NCBI GenBank assembly: GCA_963718665.1
Contig: OY970359.1
Location: forward strand, 288,001 to 352,000
Direction of reading: 5' to 3'
Source of the DNA: an uncultured Phycisphaerales bacterium
GTDB lineage: Bacteria; Planctomycetota; Phycisphaerae; Sedimentisphaerales; Anaerobacaceae
DNA length: 64,000 nt
Shown here: in pieces, positions 18,889-30,664 of the stretch
Layout: each line of letters opens with the position of its first letter
How positions within the stretch are numbered: the first letter of the stretch is position 1
Position numbers and translations under genes: made by a program
Notes under the pieces: generated by a model
The model's input: only the letters and a program-made list of their open reading frames with translations
The model's database searches: none
What the model was told of the DNA's origin: nothing

Positions 18889-19350
18889 ATGGCTGACAGG
18901 ACGCTGATAATTATCAAGCCGGATGGGGTGCAGCGGCATCTTATCGGGGAAATCATAGGGCGATTCGAAAAGAAGGGTCTGAAACTTGTCGCGGCCAAAT
19001 TTTTAAAACCCAACAATACCATCGCGAGCAAACTCTACGCGGTTCATAAAGGCAAACCCTTTTATGATGGGCTGGTAAAATTCCTCTGCTCATCGCCTGT
19101 GCTGGTGATGGTATGGGAAGCCCAGGGGGTAATCGAAATCGCCCGCAGAATGCTCGGTTCGACATTTGGTTATGAGGCAGTACCGGGGACAATTCGCGGC
19201 GATTTGGGCTGTTCGAGGGGCTTCAATCTTGTTCACGGTTCAGACAGCACGCAATCAGCCGATTACGAAATCCCGATATTTTTCCGGCCTGAAGAAATCG
19301 TGAACTACGAATTCGCAGACGAACACTGGCTATACGGCAAAAACGAGTAA
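18889..19350 (+). CDS. ndk: Nucleoside diphosphate kinase
   Basis: RTLIIIKPDGV, HKGKPFY, PGTIRGD, NLVHGSDS. Confidence 0.97.
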   Translation: MADRTLIIIKPDGVQRHLIGEIIGRFEKKGLKLVAAKFLKPNNTIASKLYAVHKGKPFYDGLVKFLCSSPVLVMVWEAQGVIEIARRMLGSTFGYEAVPGTIRGDLGCSRGFNLVHGSDSTQSADYEIPIFFRPEEIVNYEFADEHWLYGKNE

Positions 19351-19372
19351 AACCGAACCGGTCTTCGCAAAA

Positions 19373-19412
19373 TTAAAGGCCGTCGTCTTCGCAAGGAAAC
19401 GACGGCCTTTAA
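19373..19412. terminator. Probable bidirectional terminator between convergent genes
   Basis: TTAAAGGCCGTCGT-loop-ACGACGGCCTTTAA. Confidence 0.8.
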
Positions 19413-19450
19413 AATTTAAAACTCAACAATATATTTACAAGTTCAGTTTT

Positions 19451-22039
19451 TTAGTTACCCCATACGTTGCCGAAAACCGCGAAATCCGTAAAGTTAACGG
19501 TTCCGTCGGTATCGAAATCGCCCGGGACAGGTGTCTCTGAACCGGTTATGAGCCAGTTATTGCACATCACTTTAACATCGCCAAGGTCGATATAGCCATC
19601 ACAGTCAAGGTCGTAAATGTTGTCCGCTGTGTAGTTTTGCCCGGCCTGGTCAACCAGCACACCGACATAACTCCCGTTGTCTGGTGTAAACGTAAAGTGC
19701 TTTTTGGCCGGCGTCACCGTACCTGTCCAGGCGTAACTGACCCAGACCTCATAAAAACCATTTGCATCGGTTATGGCCTGCCCGCCACCGTTGTCCGCGC
19801 TAACCAGCACGTTCTCTATGGGCACGTTGCATTCGTTAATGATGTAACCGGTGATTTTGAACGTGAGCAACATGCCGGCATAGCCCTGGCCGACAGTATA
19901 ATCCACATTGACATCCTCATAACTTGTGCTGTTCGGTTCGAAGGCATAGGCATACTTCATAGGTGTTACTTTCCCCGACCAGTTGTAATCAACCAAGACC
20001 TCATAGTAACCGCTTGTATCTGTCAGCCAGGAACCGCCGCCGTATTTGCTCGTCCAGGGTCCGCCGCCGTTTTCGGCAGAAACGCTGACATTGCTTATCG
20101 GCGTGGAATTGCCGGAATCAAGCACATAGCCGGCAATCTTAAAGGTCATAAGTGTGGCCGTGTAATTCACATCGTTGTAATCCTGCATAACATTGCTATA
20201 TGTACTGCTGTTCGACTCAAAGACGTATCCTTCCTTCTCAGGAGCGATGACGCCCGACCAGCCATAGCCGACCGACAATTCGTAGTAGCCGTTTGCATCC
20301 GTTATAGTGTTAGTATCACCTGCTGACATCAGCACATCTTTGACCGGCGTGTTACCATCAATCTCAACTACGTAACCGGAAATCGAGAAGATAATCCTGC
20401 TGAACGTCACGGCAACGGTATGAGTGGCCGTGATATTGCTTAATGTGTAGGTCGTACCGCCTGTCTGGACATCAGCACCATCAACCTGCCACTTGTCAAC
20501 CGTGTAACCAGTCGTTGGTGTGGCGGTAAACAACTGGCTGCCATTGTAATTGACTACCGCGCTTGTCGGGGTAATCGAGCCGTTGGCGTCTGCTGAAGCA
20601 GTAATCGTGTATGTGAGTATCTTGAAACTCACAGCAACGGTATGAGTAGCTGTGATTGAGCTTAATGTGTAGGTTGTGCCGCCGGTTTGAACTGGGCTAC
20701 CATCAACCGTCCACTTGTCAACTGTGTAACCGGTTGTCGGTGTAGCGGTAAACAACTGGCTGCCATTGTAATTGACTACCGCGCTTGTCGGGGTAATCGA
20801 GCCGTTGCGCACTGCTGAAGCAGTAATCGTGTATGTGAGTATCTTGAAACTCACAGCAACGGTATGAGTAGCTGTGATTGAGCTTAATGTGTAGGTTGTG
20901 CCGCCTGTCTGGGCATCAGCGCCATCAACCTGCCACTTGTCAACCGTGTAACCAGTCGTTGGTGTGGCGGTAAACAACTGGCTGCCATTGTAATTGACTA
21001 CCGCGCTTGTCGGGGTAATCGAGCCATTGGCGCCTGCTGTGCCGGTAATGCTAAAAGTCTGAATACCGAATGTAGCGGTAACCGACTTATTTTTATTCAT
21101 TGTTATTGTTGTTGGATTAGAAGCACCGTTAACATCTCCGCTCCATCCGATGAATGAGCAGCCCGCAGCAGGATTGGCCGTCAAAGTAACGACCGTTCCA
21201 GGGGTATATGAGGCATGGTCAGGATTCCTGGTAACTGAGCCACTACCCACTGTGCTGATAGTTAATGTATACGTTGAAGGCGCTGCGGCCTTAACCACAT
21301 AGCCAATAAGCGACTGGTTAGCCAAGGTCTGGGTTACAGTCGGTGTTTCATTGACACCTGCCGCATTTTTGTGCCCATCCATACCATCGTAACCAGTTAC
21401 GGAAAGATCAACGTCTTTAGTCCAGCCGGTCGTAGTCAGGTAGGTGCCCGTGGCACTGCTGGCGGCATTTTCAATTACCATATCACCGTTGTTAGTTGCA
21501 AGTGGAGTTGTTGCTATTGAATAAACATCTGTTAAGCCATTCCTGGCAGTAGCACCGAGCAGAGTTGTTTGATTGACATTCTGAAGGAATACACTGGTGT
21601 ATGTAACATTGGAAGGTGCGTTGGTCCAAGTGGGAGTAAAGGTGGTGGTTGTCGCAGCGGTAATGTTTGCATCATTGAGGATAAATGCCACAACGTACGC
21701 CCGACTGCAACCGGAACCAATAATTTTGTCGGTTATCTTCGTCATCGAGCGTCCACCATAGGTTACACCGGTCAGATTTGACGCACTACTGCTCTTAGCA
21801 TGTGCGACGAAGAGCAGCGCGCGGTTGCGCACTGTTTTCTTTGCGTGGGTCGTACCTGTTGTCCACGAGCCCAGGATGCTGACAGCGGATGTATAATCCT
21901 CGCCCTCCTGAACTCCGCCGCCGGATTGCTGCTGGGTGGCGAGCCATCCGCATTCCTGCAGGAACTTGGCGCGATAGTCATAGGCATTTGCAGATACCGC
22001 AAAACCCATTACGGAACATAAGACCAAAATGCCACTCAA
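19451..22039 (-). CDS. Large secreted T/S-rich protein with bacterial repeat (InlB B-repeat-like) domains, carboxypeptidase-regulatory-like domains and a dockerin/EF-hand-like tail; start uncertain
   Basis: Signal peptide ...SANA; YTLTI...VTLTANPAAGCSFIGWSGD; three 74-aa repeats; DLDCDGYIDLGD and GDFDTDGTVNFTDF. Confidence 0.8.
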   Translation of the reverse strand: MSGILVLCSVMGFAVSANAYDYRAKFLQECGWLATQQQSGGGVQEGEDYTSAVSILGSWTTGTTHAKKTVRNRALLFVAHAKSSSASNLTGVTYGGRSMTKITDKIIGSGCSRAYVVAFILNDANITAATTTTFTPTWTNAPSNVTYTSVFLQNVNQTTLLGATARNGLTDVYSIATTPLATNNGDMVIENAASSATGTYLTTTGWTKDVDLSVTGYDGMDGHKNAAGVNETPTVTQTLANQSLIGYVVKAAAPSTYTLTISTVGSGSVTRNPDHASYTPGTVVTLTANPAAGCSFIGWSGDVNGASNPTTITMNKNKSVTATFGIQTFSITGTAGANGSITPTSAVVNYNGSQLFTATPTTGYTVDKWQVDGADAQTGGTTYTLSSITATHTVAVSFKILTYTITASAVRNGSITPTSAVVNYNGSQLFTATPTTGYTVDKWTVDGSPVQTGGTTYTLSSITATHTVAVSFKILTYTITASADANGSITPTSAVVNYNGSQLFTATPTTGYTVDKWQVDGADVQTGGTTYTLSNITATHTVAVTFSRIIFSISGYVVEIDGNTPVKDVLMSAGDTNTITDANGYYELSVGYGWSGVIAPEKEGYVFESNSSTYSNVMQDYNDVNYTATLMTFKIAGYVLDSGNSTPISNVSVSAENGGGPWTSKYGGGSWLTDTSGYYEVLVDYNWSGKVTPMKYAYAFEPNSTSYEDVNVDYTVGQGYAGMLLTFKITGYIINECNVPIENVLVSADNGGGQAITDANGFYEVWVSYAWTGTVTPAKKHFTFTPDNGSYVGVLVDQAGQNYTADNIYDLDCDGYIDLGDVKVMCNNWLITGSETPVPGDFDTDGTVNFTDFAVFGNVWGN
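20412..21050 (-). repeat. Intragenic 222-bp tandem repeat, three near-identical copies
   Basis: AACGGTATGAGT anchor at 20414, 20636 and 20858. Confidence 0.9.
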
Positions 22040-22558
22040 TGCTTTCGCTTGTCCGGATATTGATGGCGTTTTAATTGTTTTGTCCCCCCAACAAAAAACG
22101 TGTAAATAGCACCCCTATACTACATCCTTGCGGAGGGTAACTGGATTTGGACAGACGAAATTATCTACCCATCGCTTTCCATCATCCGCTTACCCGTGTG
22201 TACCCATCCGTGTGAATAAAGAAAAAAACCAAAACCAGAAACAACTTCGGTTTTTTGTATGCGTTAAGAAGCTGAAAAGAACATTTGGGGCAAGATAATT
22301 GCCTGTTGTCAGAACAGCAGTGCAACATCCCCCTCCAACGCAAATATTAAAACGTACCTCGTGACGCCAGTTTTTATTCACCAACCCCCCTGAACAGTCA
22401 CTAATGTCTTACACAGCAGTATTATACATTATACCAGATAATATCCACAACAGTCAAGGAAAATCTGCTCGGAATTTGCGTCCCATAAAAACGTGCAATA
22501 CTTATGTTTCACGCGATTATGCTACGCTAAAAACACATACAGTATTGCTCGACTAACC

Positions 22559-24412
22559 TTAGGTCTGGCGAGCAACGCGGCGTCTGTCGGATTCTTTGAG
22601 CTGGCGTTTGCGCAGCCGAATCGTATTGGGGCAGACCTCAACCAGCTCGTCTTCCTGGATGTATTCCATCGCGACCTCAAGAGACATTATGCGTGCGGGT
22701 CTGATTTTGGCGGCTTCGTCCTTGCTGGTCGTACGCATGTTGGAAAGCTGCTTGAGCTTTGCGACGTTTACCGATATGTCATCATCTTTGCAGTGTTCGC
22801 CGACAACCTGGCCATCATATACGATTTCTCCCGGCTCAACAAAGAACAGGCCACGGTCATACAAAGCATCGAGGGCATAGGCGGTAACGGGGCCTGTGGT
22901 GGTAGCAATCATAACACCTGCTTTTCTCTGTGGTATCGCACCACGCATCGGCTCATATCTTTCGAAGGTATGGTGCATAACGGCCCTGCCCTGGGTGGCG
23001 TTCATCATTCTGGCGTGGAGGCCGAAGAGGCCGCGGGAGGGAATTAAAAATTCCATGTGAATAAAGGTGTTTGCGCCGCTTTTGGCATCCATTTTAATCA
23101 TTTCACTTCTTCGGTCGCCAACCAGGCTCATAACCGCACTCTGGCAATCCACCGGGCAATCAATCGCGAGCAATTCTATCGGCTCGTGGTCTATGCCGTT
23201 TATTTTCCTGATAATGACACTGGGTTTTCCGACGCAGACCTCATAACCTTCACGCCTCATATTTTCGAGGAGGATACCAAGGTGCATAAGTCCCCTGCCT
23301 GATACGTTGAATTCTTCGGGGGTTTTGCCCGGCTCGACTCTCAAGGCAACGTTATGCTGAAGCTCTTTTTCGAGACGTTCGCCGATGTGCCTGCTGGTAA
23401 CGTATTTGCCGTCCCTGCCGGCGAAGGGGCCGTCGTTGACGCGGAAGGTCATTGTCATCGTGGGTTCATCGACGGGAATAACCGGAAGCTGGGTGGGGTT
23501 ATCTGGGCAGGCAATGGTGTCGCCGATACCAATGGGGTCAAGTCCGGAGACGGCGCAAATATCGCCTGCCTGAACACTTGAAACGACCTTGCGTGTAAGC
23601 CCCTGAAATTGATAAATCTGCATAATTTGTTGCTGGGTATGAACACCTGCGGTGTCGATTACGGTAACATTTTGGCCTTCACTGAGATTGCCCGCGAAAA
23701 CCCTTCCGATGGCGATTTTGCCTACGTAATCGGAATACTCCTGATTTGTCACAAGCATTTGCAGCGGAGCATCGGGAATTGCCTCCGGCGGCGGGACGTA
23801 TTTTATGATGGCATCGTAAACGGCCTTCATATTGTCGGTTTTAATTTTGAGGTCGTTTGATGCCCAGCCCTGTCTGGCCGAGGCGTAAATAATGGGAAAA
23901 TCCAGCGCTTCGTCACCGGCGCCGAGCTGAACGAGCAAATCGAATACTTCATTGACGACATCGTCGGGCCTGCTGTTTTCGCGGTCAACTTTATTGATAA
24001 CTACTATTGGCCGGAGCTTATTTTCGAGCGCTTTGGTCAATACAAACCGCGTCTGGGGCATAGGGCCTTCAAAGGCATCGACCAGAAGCAGGACGCCATC
24101 CGCCATTTTGAGGACCCGTTCGACCTCGCCGCCGAAATCGGCGTGGCCCGGGGTATCGATGATGTTGATTTTGTATTCGTCGTCCTGCGAATCGGTATAA
24201 AAAATAGAGCAATTTTTGCTGAGGATAGTAATGCCCCGCTCCTGTTCGAGGGGGTTGGAGTCCATAATGAGTTTGTTTTCGCCGCCCTGGAGCTTATCAA
24301 GCTCTTCCTGGCGGAACATTCCGGACTGGTAGAGAAGCTGGTCAACCAGGGTTGTTTTGCCGTGGTCAACGTGAGCAATTACTGCAACATTACGAATATA
24401 ATCTGAATACAT
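22559..24412 (-). CDS. typA: Translational GTPase TypA/BipA
   Basis: [61 protein letters not shown]. Confidence 0.97.
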   Translation of the reverse strand: MYSDYIRNVAVIAHVDHGKTTLVDQLLYQSGMFRQEELDKLQGGENKLIMDSNPLEQERGITILSKNCSIFYTDSQDDEYKINIIDTPGHADFGGEVERVLKMADGVLLLVDAFEGPMPQTRFVLTKALENKLRPIVVINKVDRENSRPDDVVNEVFDLLVQLGAGDEALDFPIIYASARQGWASNDLKIKTDNMKAVYDAIIKYVPPPEAIPDAPLQMLVTNQEYSDYVGKIAIGRVFAGNLSEGQNVTVIDTAGVHTQQQIMQIYQFQGLTRKVVSSVQAGDICAVSGLDPIGIGDTIACPDNPTQLPVIPVDEPTMTMTFRVNDGPFAGRDGKYVTSRHIGERLEKELQHNVALRVEPGKTPEEFNVSGRGLMHLGILLENMRREGYEVCVGKPSVIIRKINGIDHEPIELLAIDCPVDCQSAVMSLVGDRRSEMIKMDAKSGANTFIHMEFLIPSRGLFGLHARMMNATQGRAVMHHTFERYEPMRGAIPQRKAGVMIATTTGPVTAYALDALYDRGLFFVEPGEIVYDGQVVGEHCKDDDISVNVAKLKQLSNMRTTSKDEAAKIRPARIMSLEVAMEYIQEDELVEVCPNTIRLRKRQLKESDRRRVARQT

Positions 24413-24617
24413 CAAAGACCCTTTACAAGGAATAATCAAAGTTCGAGATTCGGCTTAATCACTTTCGCGTGAGCGAAGTAGTTTATACTATTTTTCGCCT
24501 GTGTCAATACAAAACTGTGTAAGAAGCCCGACAGAAGGTAAATTTGCGTGATTTTCAATCATTTCGATGGCGGCGATTGACAAACGCAGCGGAATTATCG
24601 ATAATCCTGCAGAAATA

Positions 24618-24701
24618 GCCGAAGTGGCGGAACTGGCAGACGCGCAGGATTCAAAATCCTGTCCTGGCAACAGGGTGTGGGTTCAAGTCCCTCCTTCGGC
24701 A
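24618..24701 (+). tRNA. tRNA-Leu(CAA)
   Basis: Acceptor GCCGAAG/CTTCGGC; anticodon arm CAGGA-TTCAAAA-TCCTG; long variable arm; TTCAAGT T-loop; CCA not encoded. Confidence 0.95.
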
Positions 24702-24719
24702 TTTTTTACAACCAAACGA

Positions 24720-26387
24720 ATGCAAAACAAAACGAAAAATAGGGAGCATTCACTGGCAAAGGCGCTTTTGATTTGCGCCGGATTTACAGCGTTATATCTG
24801 CTGATAGCGGGCAGCAGCACGCTATGGGACCGTGATGAGCCGAGATACGCGAGGGTAACGGCGGAGATGGTTGAGAGCGGCAATTATCTTGTGCCGACTT
24901 TTAACGGGGAGGTGTGGTTCGATAAGCCGATTCTGCTTTACTGGTTGATGTCAGTGCCTGTTCGATTGCTTGGGCCAAGCGAAATTGCGTGCAGATTCAC
25001 GGGGGTTATGGGGACGGCGGTAACTTTGCTTTTGACGTTTTTTATCGGGAAAAAACTTTACGACGCAAAAGCGGGATTATGGGCCGAGGCGATTTTAGGC
25101 ACGACGCTGTTAATGCTTTTTGTGGGAAGCTCGGCGCTGGTTGACGGCATAGCATTGCCGTTTATTGTCGGGGCAATGGCTATTTTCATTGGTCGGCTGG
25201 GAGAAAAAATACAGGCATTTGACGCCGGGGTAATGGGAGTTTTGATTGGTCTTGGGATGCTGGCAAAAGGACCGTTAGGATTGCTGCCTGTGTTCGTGAT
25301 TATCGTCGCTATCTGGTTCGGGCGGGAGAATATCGGGGGCTTTATTCGCAATTTCCTATGGGTTTGTCTTGCGGTGGCTATCGCAGCGGGGATATTTTTG
25401 CTGTGGGCAGTGCCAGCTAACAGGGCAACCGACGGGGAGCTATACCGGGTATTTTTCGGAAAGCATATTGTCGGGCGCGCGCTTTCGCCGATGGAAGGCC
25501 ACGGGGGAAATTTTCTTTTATACCTGCCATATTACCCGGCGATTATGGTTGCGGGATTTTTCCCGTGGGTGATTTTTCTGCCCGGCGCATTTTCGGCAAG
25601 TTTGGGAAAAAGAATCGGGAACACGGGGACAAGAAATATTTTATTGAGCTGGATAATAGTAACGGTCGTCCTGATGACTATCGCGGCGACGAAGCTGCCG
25701 CATTACATATTGTTTGCCTGGCCCGCGATGGCGGTGATGACAGGAGCAACAATTGTCGCATCAAGACAAAACGTTTTAAATGAGCGTGACCGCAAATGGC
25801 TTCGCGGCGGCGTGTGGTTTTCGGTGCCGGTGGGATTAGGCATCGCAGCGAGTTTAATCGGCATCGGGTATTTTACAAAAAGCGAAGGACTTATAACACC
25901 GGGGCTTATCTGCGGAGCAATCGCACTGGTGATGACAATAATCTGCTGTAATTTACAAGTACGGGAAAAATTCAACGGCACGGCAAAAGTTATTCTCGCG
26001 GGGACACTAATTCTCATTATACCGTTATTATTCGTATTGCTGCCCGCGGTTGAGTCGATTAAAATCAGTCCTCATATAGCAAAGGCAATCAGGGAAAAAA
26101 CGGGCAAAGACGTGCCGGTTGCTATGTATAAATACGCCGAGCCAACGCTTAATTTTTACGTTGGAAGAAAAATAACGCAATTGCGCAAAACAGACGACGT
26201 CGTCGAGTGGCTTAAAGGCACAGAAAACCGTGTGCTGATAATTCCGAGAAAAGATTTCGAGGGCATCAGGCAAAACGTGGGTAACATAGCTTTTGAAGAG
26301 ATAGCGTCAAAAAAAGGCGTTAACTACTCCAAGGGCAAGGAAGTCGAGGTTATCGCATTATTAGTCAAGACACAAACCAGACAGTAA
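24720..26387 (+). CDS. ArnT/GT39-like membrane glycosyltransferase (GT-C)
   Basis: LWDRDEPRYA, FDKPILLYW, LAKGP, TKLPHYIL; many TM helices. Confidence 0.88.
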   Translation: MQNKTKNREHSLAKALLICAGFTALYLLIAGSSTLWDRDEPRYARVTAEMVESGNYLVPTFNGEVWFDKPILLYWLMSVPVRLLGPSEIACRFTGVMGTAVTLLLTFFIGKKLYDAKAGLWAEAILGTTLLMLFVGSSALVDGIALPFIVGAMAIFIGRLGEKIQAFDAGVMGVLIGLGMLAKGPLGLLPVFVIIVAIWFGRENIGGFIRNFLWVCLAVAIAAGIFLLWAVPANRATDGELYRVFFGKHIVGRALSPMEGHGGNFLLYLPYYPAIMVAGFFPWVIFLPGAFSASLGKRIGNTGTRNILLSWIIVTVVLMTIAATKLPHYILFAWPAMAVMTGATIVASRQNVLNERDRKWLRGGVWFSVPVGLGIAASLIGIGYFTKSEGLITPGLICGAIALVMTIICCNLQVREKFNGTAKVILAGTLILIIPLLFVLLPAVESIKISPHIAKAIREKTGKDVPVAMYKYAEPTLNFYVGRKITQLRKTDDVVEWLKGTENRVLIIPRKDFEGIRQNVGNIAFEEIASKKGVNYSKGKEVEVIALLVKTQTRQ

Positions 26388-26431
26388 CCGCTGAGACCGG
26401 AAAAACAAACCGGGGGACGGTTGTACTACTT

Positions 26432-27172
26432 TTGCTTGCAGGCCTTCTGCTTGCCGCGACAGCGGTTTGCTTTTTTGTTGTTGATGAGCGAGTGTTCTCA
26501 TATCTGCGAGAAAATCCACAGAAGTGGGACAGGGCACTTTGGGCTCAGGCGTTAAAACTATTAGGGAGGGGTTATCCTTTAATCTGGCTTCTGCTGGCGT
26601 GGGTGTGGCTTACGGGAAAACACAAGACGGTAATTGTGTGCCTGCTGTCATTATTGATAACATTAGCCGCGGTAACAGTAATAAAAGAGACGGTCAGGAG
26701 ACCCAGGCCAAGGGACGTTATACGCTCCCAGGCAAATGCCGGAAATAATAAATATATTATTAAGACCTGGTCATTTCCATCGGGTGACGCAGCGAGTGTA
26801 TTTGCGGCAGGAGCTGTTCTGGCGTTTGCGATGCCCTGGCCGGCCACGATTGTTTTCGCCGCCTGCTGCTGCGGGGTCGCTATTTTGCGAGTCGTGGCGC
26901 TCGCACACTATCCTTCAGACGTACTGGGAGGGGCAGCAACCGGAATTTTATCCGGGTGGTCGGCAATTTTTATAAGAAACCGATACCCGGAAATTGAAAA
27001 CATTTTCAAGGGACGGGAGAGGATGCTTTCTTTCATAGGGATCGTTCTTATTCTTATATTAATATGGCTACTACAAGGCCTTGATAAGCTGATTATACTG
27101 CTGGAGTTTTATGTGCCCATTGCGTTAATTATCGCCGTTTTTGACCGGCGAGGACAGTTAAAGCAAATCTGA
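26432..27172 (+). CDS. PAP2-family membrane phosphatase; start uncertain
   Basis: KETVRRPRP, SFPSGD, RVVALAHYPSDVLGG. Confidence 0.85.
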   Translation: MLAGLLLAATAVCFFVVDERVFSYLRENPQKWDRALWAQALKLLGRGYPLIWLLLAWVWLTGKHKTVIVCLLSLLITLAAVTVIKETVRRPRPRDVIRSQANAGNNKYIIKTWSFPSGDAASVFAAGAVLAFAMPWPATIVFAACCCGVAILRVVALAHYPSDVLGGAATGILSGWSAIFIRNRYPEIENIFKGRERMLSFIGIVLILILIWLLQGLDKLIILLEFYVPIALIIAVFDRRGQLKQI

Positions 27173-27317
27173 ACAGCAGACATGATTTATATTAACGAAT
27201 TGGGAGGGCAAGTACTGCGAGTAGTAACACTGGAAGATAAACTACCATACACAATGTTTTTCCCGACAGGAATACAAATTATTAAACTCGACTGCTATCC
27301 TGAAGGGTCATCTATAT

Positions 27318-28478
27318 TTATTTCTTAGCGACAAACGGCGAAAGTTCGCGGAGGCGGGCGATAATTGGTGGGATTTTTTCGACGGTGAAATCGACTTCTT
27401 CCTCAGTATTGTATCGGCTCAAGCTGAAGCGGATTGAGCCGTGGGCTGCGGTAAAGGGGACACCCATAGCACGAAGGACGTGAGATGGTTCGAGCGAACC
27501 GGAAGTGCAGGCGGAGCCGCTGGAAGCACAGATACCGAATCTGTCGAGCATAAGCAGAATCGATTCCCCCTCGATAAATTCAAAGCTGATGTTACTGGTA
27601 TTGGGCAGTCGGCTTTCGGTATCACCGTTGACCATACAGTCGGGACATTTTGCGAGAATGCCCTTTTCGAGCTTATCGCGGAGGGACTTGACCTTTTTAT
27701 TTTCCTGGTCGAAATTCTGCATCGCCAACTCACAGGCCCTGCCAAGACCTATTATACCGGGGACGTTCTCAGTGCCGGCACGACGGCCTCCTTCCTGATG
27801 ACCGCCGAGCATAAAAGGAGCGAGACGAGTGCCCTTGCGGACATACAGGATACCGACGCCTTTGGGGGCGTGCAGTTTGTGACCCGATAAGCTGAGCAAA
27901 TCGATATTGCTTTTAGAGAGATTGATTGGGGTTTTGCCGACGGCCTGAACTGCGTCGGTATGAAAGACGACACCTTTACTTTTCACTATCTCGGCAATTT
28001 TCTCGACGGGGAATACTATGCCTGTTTCGTTATTGGCGAACATAATCGTTACGATTGCGGTGTTATCGTCGAGATGTGATTTCAACTCCGACAAATCGAG
28101 CCGGCCTTTTTTATCGACCGATAATTCGACAACGGTATAACCCTGGTTTTCGAGGTCGCGGCAGACCGACAAGACGGCCGGGTGTTCGACGCGAGTCGTA
28201 ATTACCTTTCGCTTGTTGGGATGAGCGACAAGCGTGCCTTTTATGGCGGTGTTGTCGCTTTCGGTGCCGCAGCCGGTGAAAATGATTTCGCCGGGGTCGC
28301 AACCGAGGAGAGCGGCAGTTTTTTCGCGTGCCTCGCGGATTTTAATGCCAACCTGGCCGCCGAAGGTGTGCATACTCGAAGGGTTGCCGTAGAGGTCGCA
28401 AAAATACGGTTTGATTTCTTCAAGGACCTCATCAGCGACTTTTGTGGTGGCGTTGTTGTCGAAGTATATAGTTTTCAT
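27318..28478 (-). CDS. nifS: Cysteine desulfurase NifS
   Basis: IYFDNNATT, HTDAVQA, SGHKLHAPKG, SSGSACTSGSLEPSHVL. Confidence 0.95.
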   Translation of the reverse strand: MKTIYFDNNATTKVADEVLEEIKPYFCDLYGNPSSMHTFGGQVGIKIREAREKTAALLGCDPGEIIFTGCGTESDNTAIKGTLVAHPNKRKVITTRVEHPAVLSVCRDLENQGYTVVELSVDKKGRLDLSELKSHLDDNTAIVTIMFANNETGIVFPVEKIAEIVKSKGVVFHTDAVQAVGKTPINLSKSNIDLLSLSGHKLHAPKGVGILYVRKGTRLAPFMLGGHQEGGRRAGTENVPGIIGLGRACELAMQNFDQENKKVKSLRDKLEKGILAKCPDCMVNGDTESRLPNTSNISFEFIEGESILLMLDRFGICASSGSACTSGSLEPSHVLRAMGVPFTAAHGSIRFSLSRYNTEEEVDFTVEKIPPIIARLRELSPFVAKK

Positions 28479-28481
28479 TTT

Positions 28482-29354
28482 TTATTTCCTTTGGTCGTCG
28501 GTCAAATCCTTTGCCTCTTCGACATAGATTTCGGGGCTTACAAACTCTCTTATTTTGGCCTCTACGAGGTCCTTCATCGTGATATTCGCCAAGGCGCATT
28601 GTGCGCACATACCGCGAAGGGCAACGATGACCTTGTTGCCGTCAACGTCTATCAGGTCGATATTTCCGCCATCCGCACGCAGCGCGGGCCTAATCTGCTC
28701 GTTGATTGTCTGCTGAATGAGCTGAATTTTCTGGATGTTGGTCAGCTTCTGGCCTTTTACGGGAGCAGGCACCGTTTTTTGTTTTGCTCTTTCGCCTTTG
28801 ATGCGTTCGATTATTTTTTCGATTTCGCCTTTGCAGCCGCCGCAACCGCCCCCTGCTTTGCAGTAATTTGTAACCTGCTCGACGACATCGAGGTTGTTTT
28901 CGCGAATGACTCTTTCGATTTCTTTTTCGGTAACGCCGAAGCAGGTGCAGACAACTTTGCCTTCAAGCTGGTGTTTCTTTTTGCTGCCACCCTTGTAATT
29001 TTCTATTGCCGCTTCAAGGGCTTCTCTGCCCATAACCGAGCAATGCATTTTCTGTTCGGGCAGACCGCCAAGATAATCGGCGATATCTTTGTTTGTAATT
29101 TTGGCCGCCTCTTCAAGGGGCATTCCCTTGATTATCTCGGTCAAGGCGGAAGAGCTGGCGATTGCACTGGCACAGCCGAAGGTTTTGAATTTGGCGTCTT
29201 TTATTCTGCCTTTCTCGTCGAGTTTGAAAGTCAGCTTCAGCGCGTCGCCGCATGCAAGCGAACCGACCTCGCCGACGCCGTCGGGATCGGGTATTTCGCC
29301 TACGTTTCGCGGATTGAAAAAGTGTTCTCTAACTTTATCCGTATATTCCCACAT
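28482..29354 (-). CDS. nifU: Fe-S scaffold NifU (three-domain)
   Basis: MWEYTDKV, SLACGDAL, FGCASA, KMHCSVMG, VCTCFGV, GGGCGGC, DGGNI...GMCAQC. Confidence 0.95.
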   Translation of the reverse strand: MWEYTDKVREHFFNPRNVGEIPDPDGVGEVGSLACGDALKLTFKLDEKGRIKDAKFKTFGCASAIASSSALTEIIKGMPLEEAAKITNKDIADYLGGLPEQKMHCSVMGREALEAAIENYKGGSKKKHQLEGKVVCTCFGVTEKEIERVIRENNLDVVEQVTNYCKAGGGCGGCKGEIEKIIERIKGERAKQKTVPAPVKGQKLTNIQKIQLIQQTINEQIRPALRADGGNIDLIDVDGNKVIVALRGMCAQCALANITMKDLVEAKIREFVSPEIYVEEAKDLTDDQRK

Positions 29355-29360
29355 AATTTT

Positions 29361-30653
<1,293 letters not shown>

Positions 30654-30664
30654 TTATGACCTTT

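Noticed and set aside
20412..21050. Long direct repeats as a CRISPR array
   Set aside because: 222-bp in-frame coding repeats with no unique spacers; no cas genes in the window
22040..22558. Structured RNA or attenuator upstream of the secreted protein
   Set aside because: Only a weak T-tailed hairpin (~22220-22257), explicable as the typA terminator
24567..24719. N-terminal extension of the ArnT-like ORF in the ORF track
   Set aside because: It reads through tRNA-Leu; ATG 24720 is the plausible start
27318..29354. Evidence of nitrogen fixation from nifS/nifU
   Set aside because: No nifHDK; the context is sulfur assimilation and NadA
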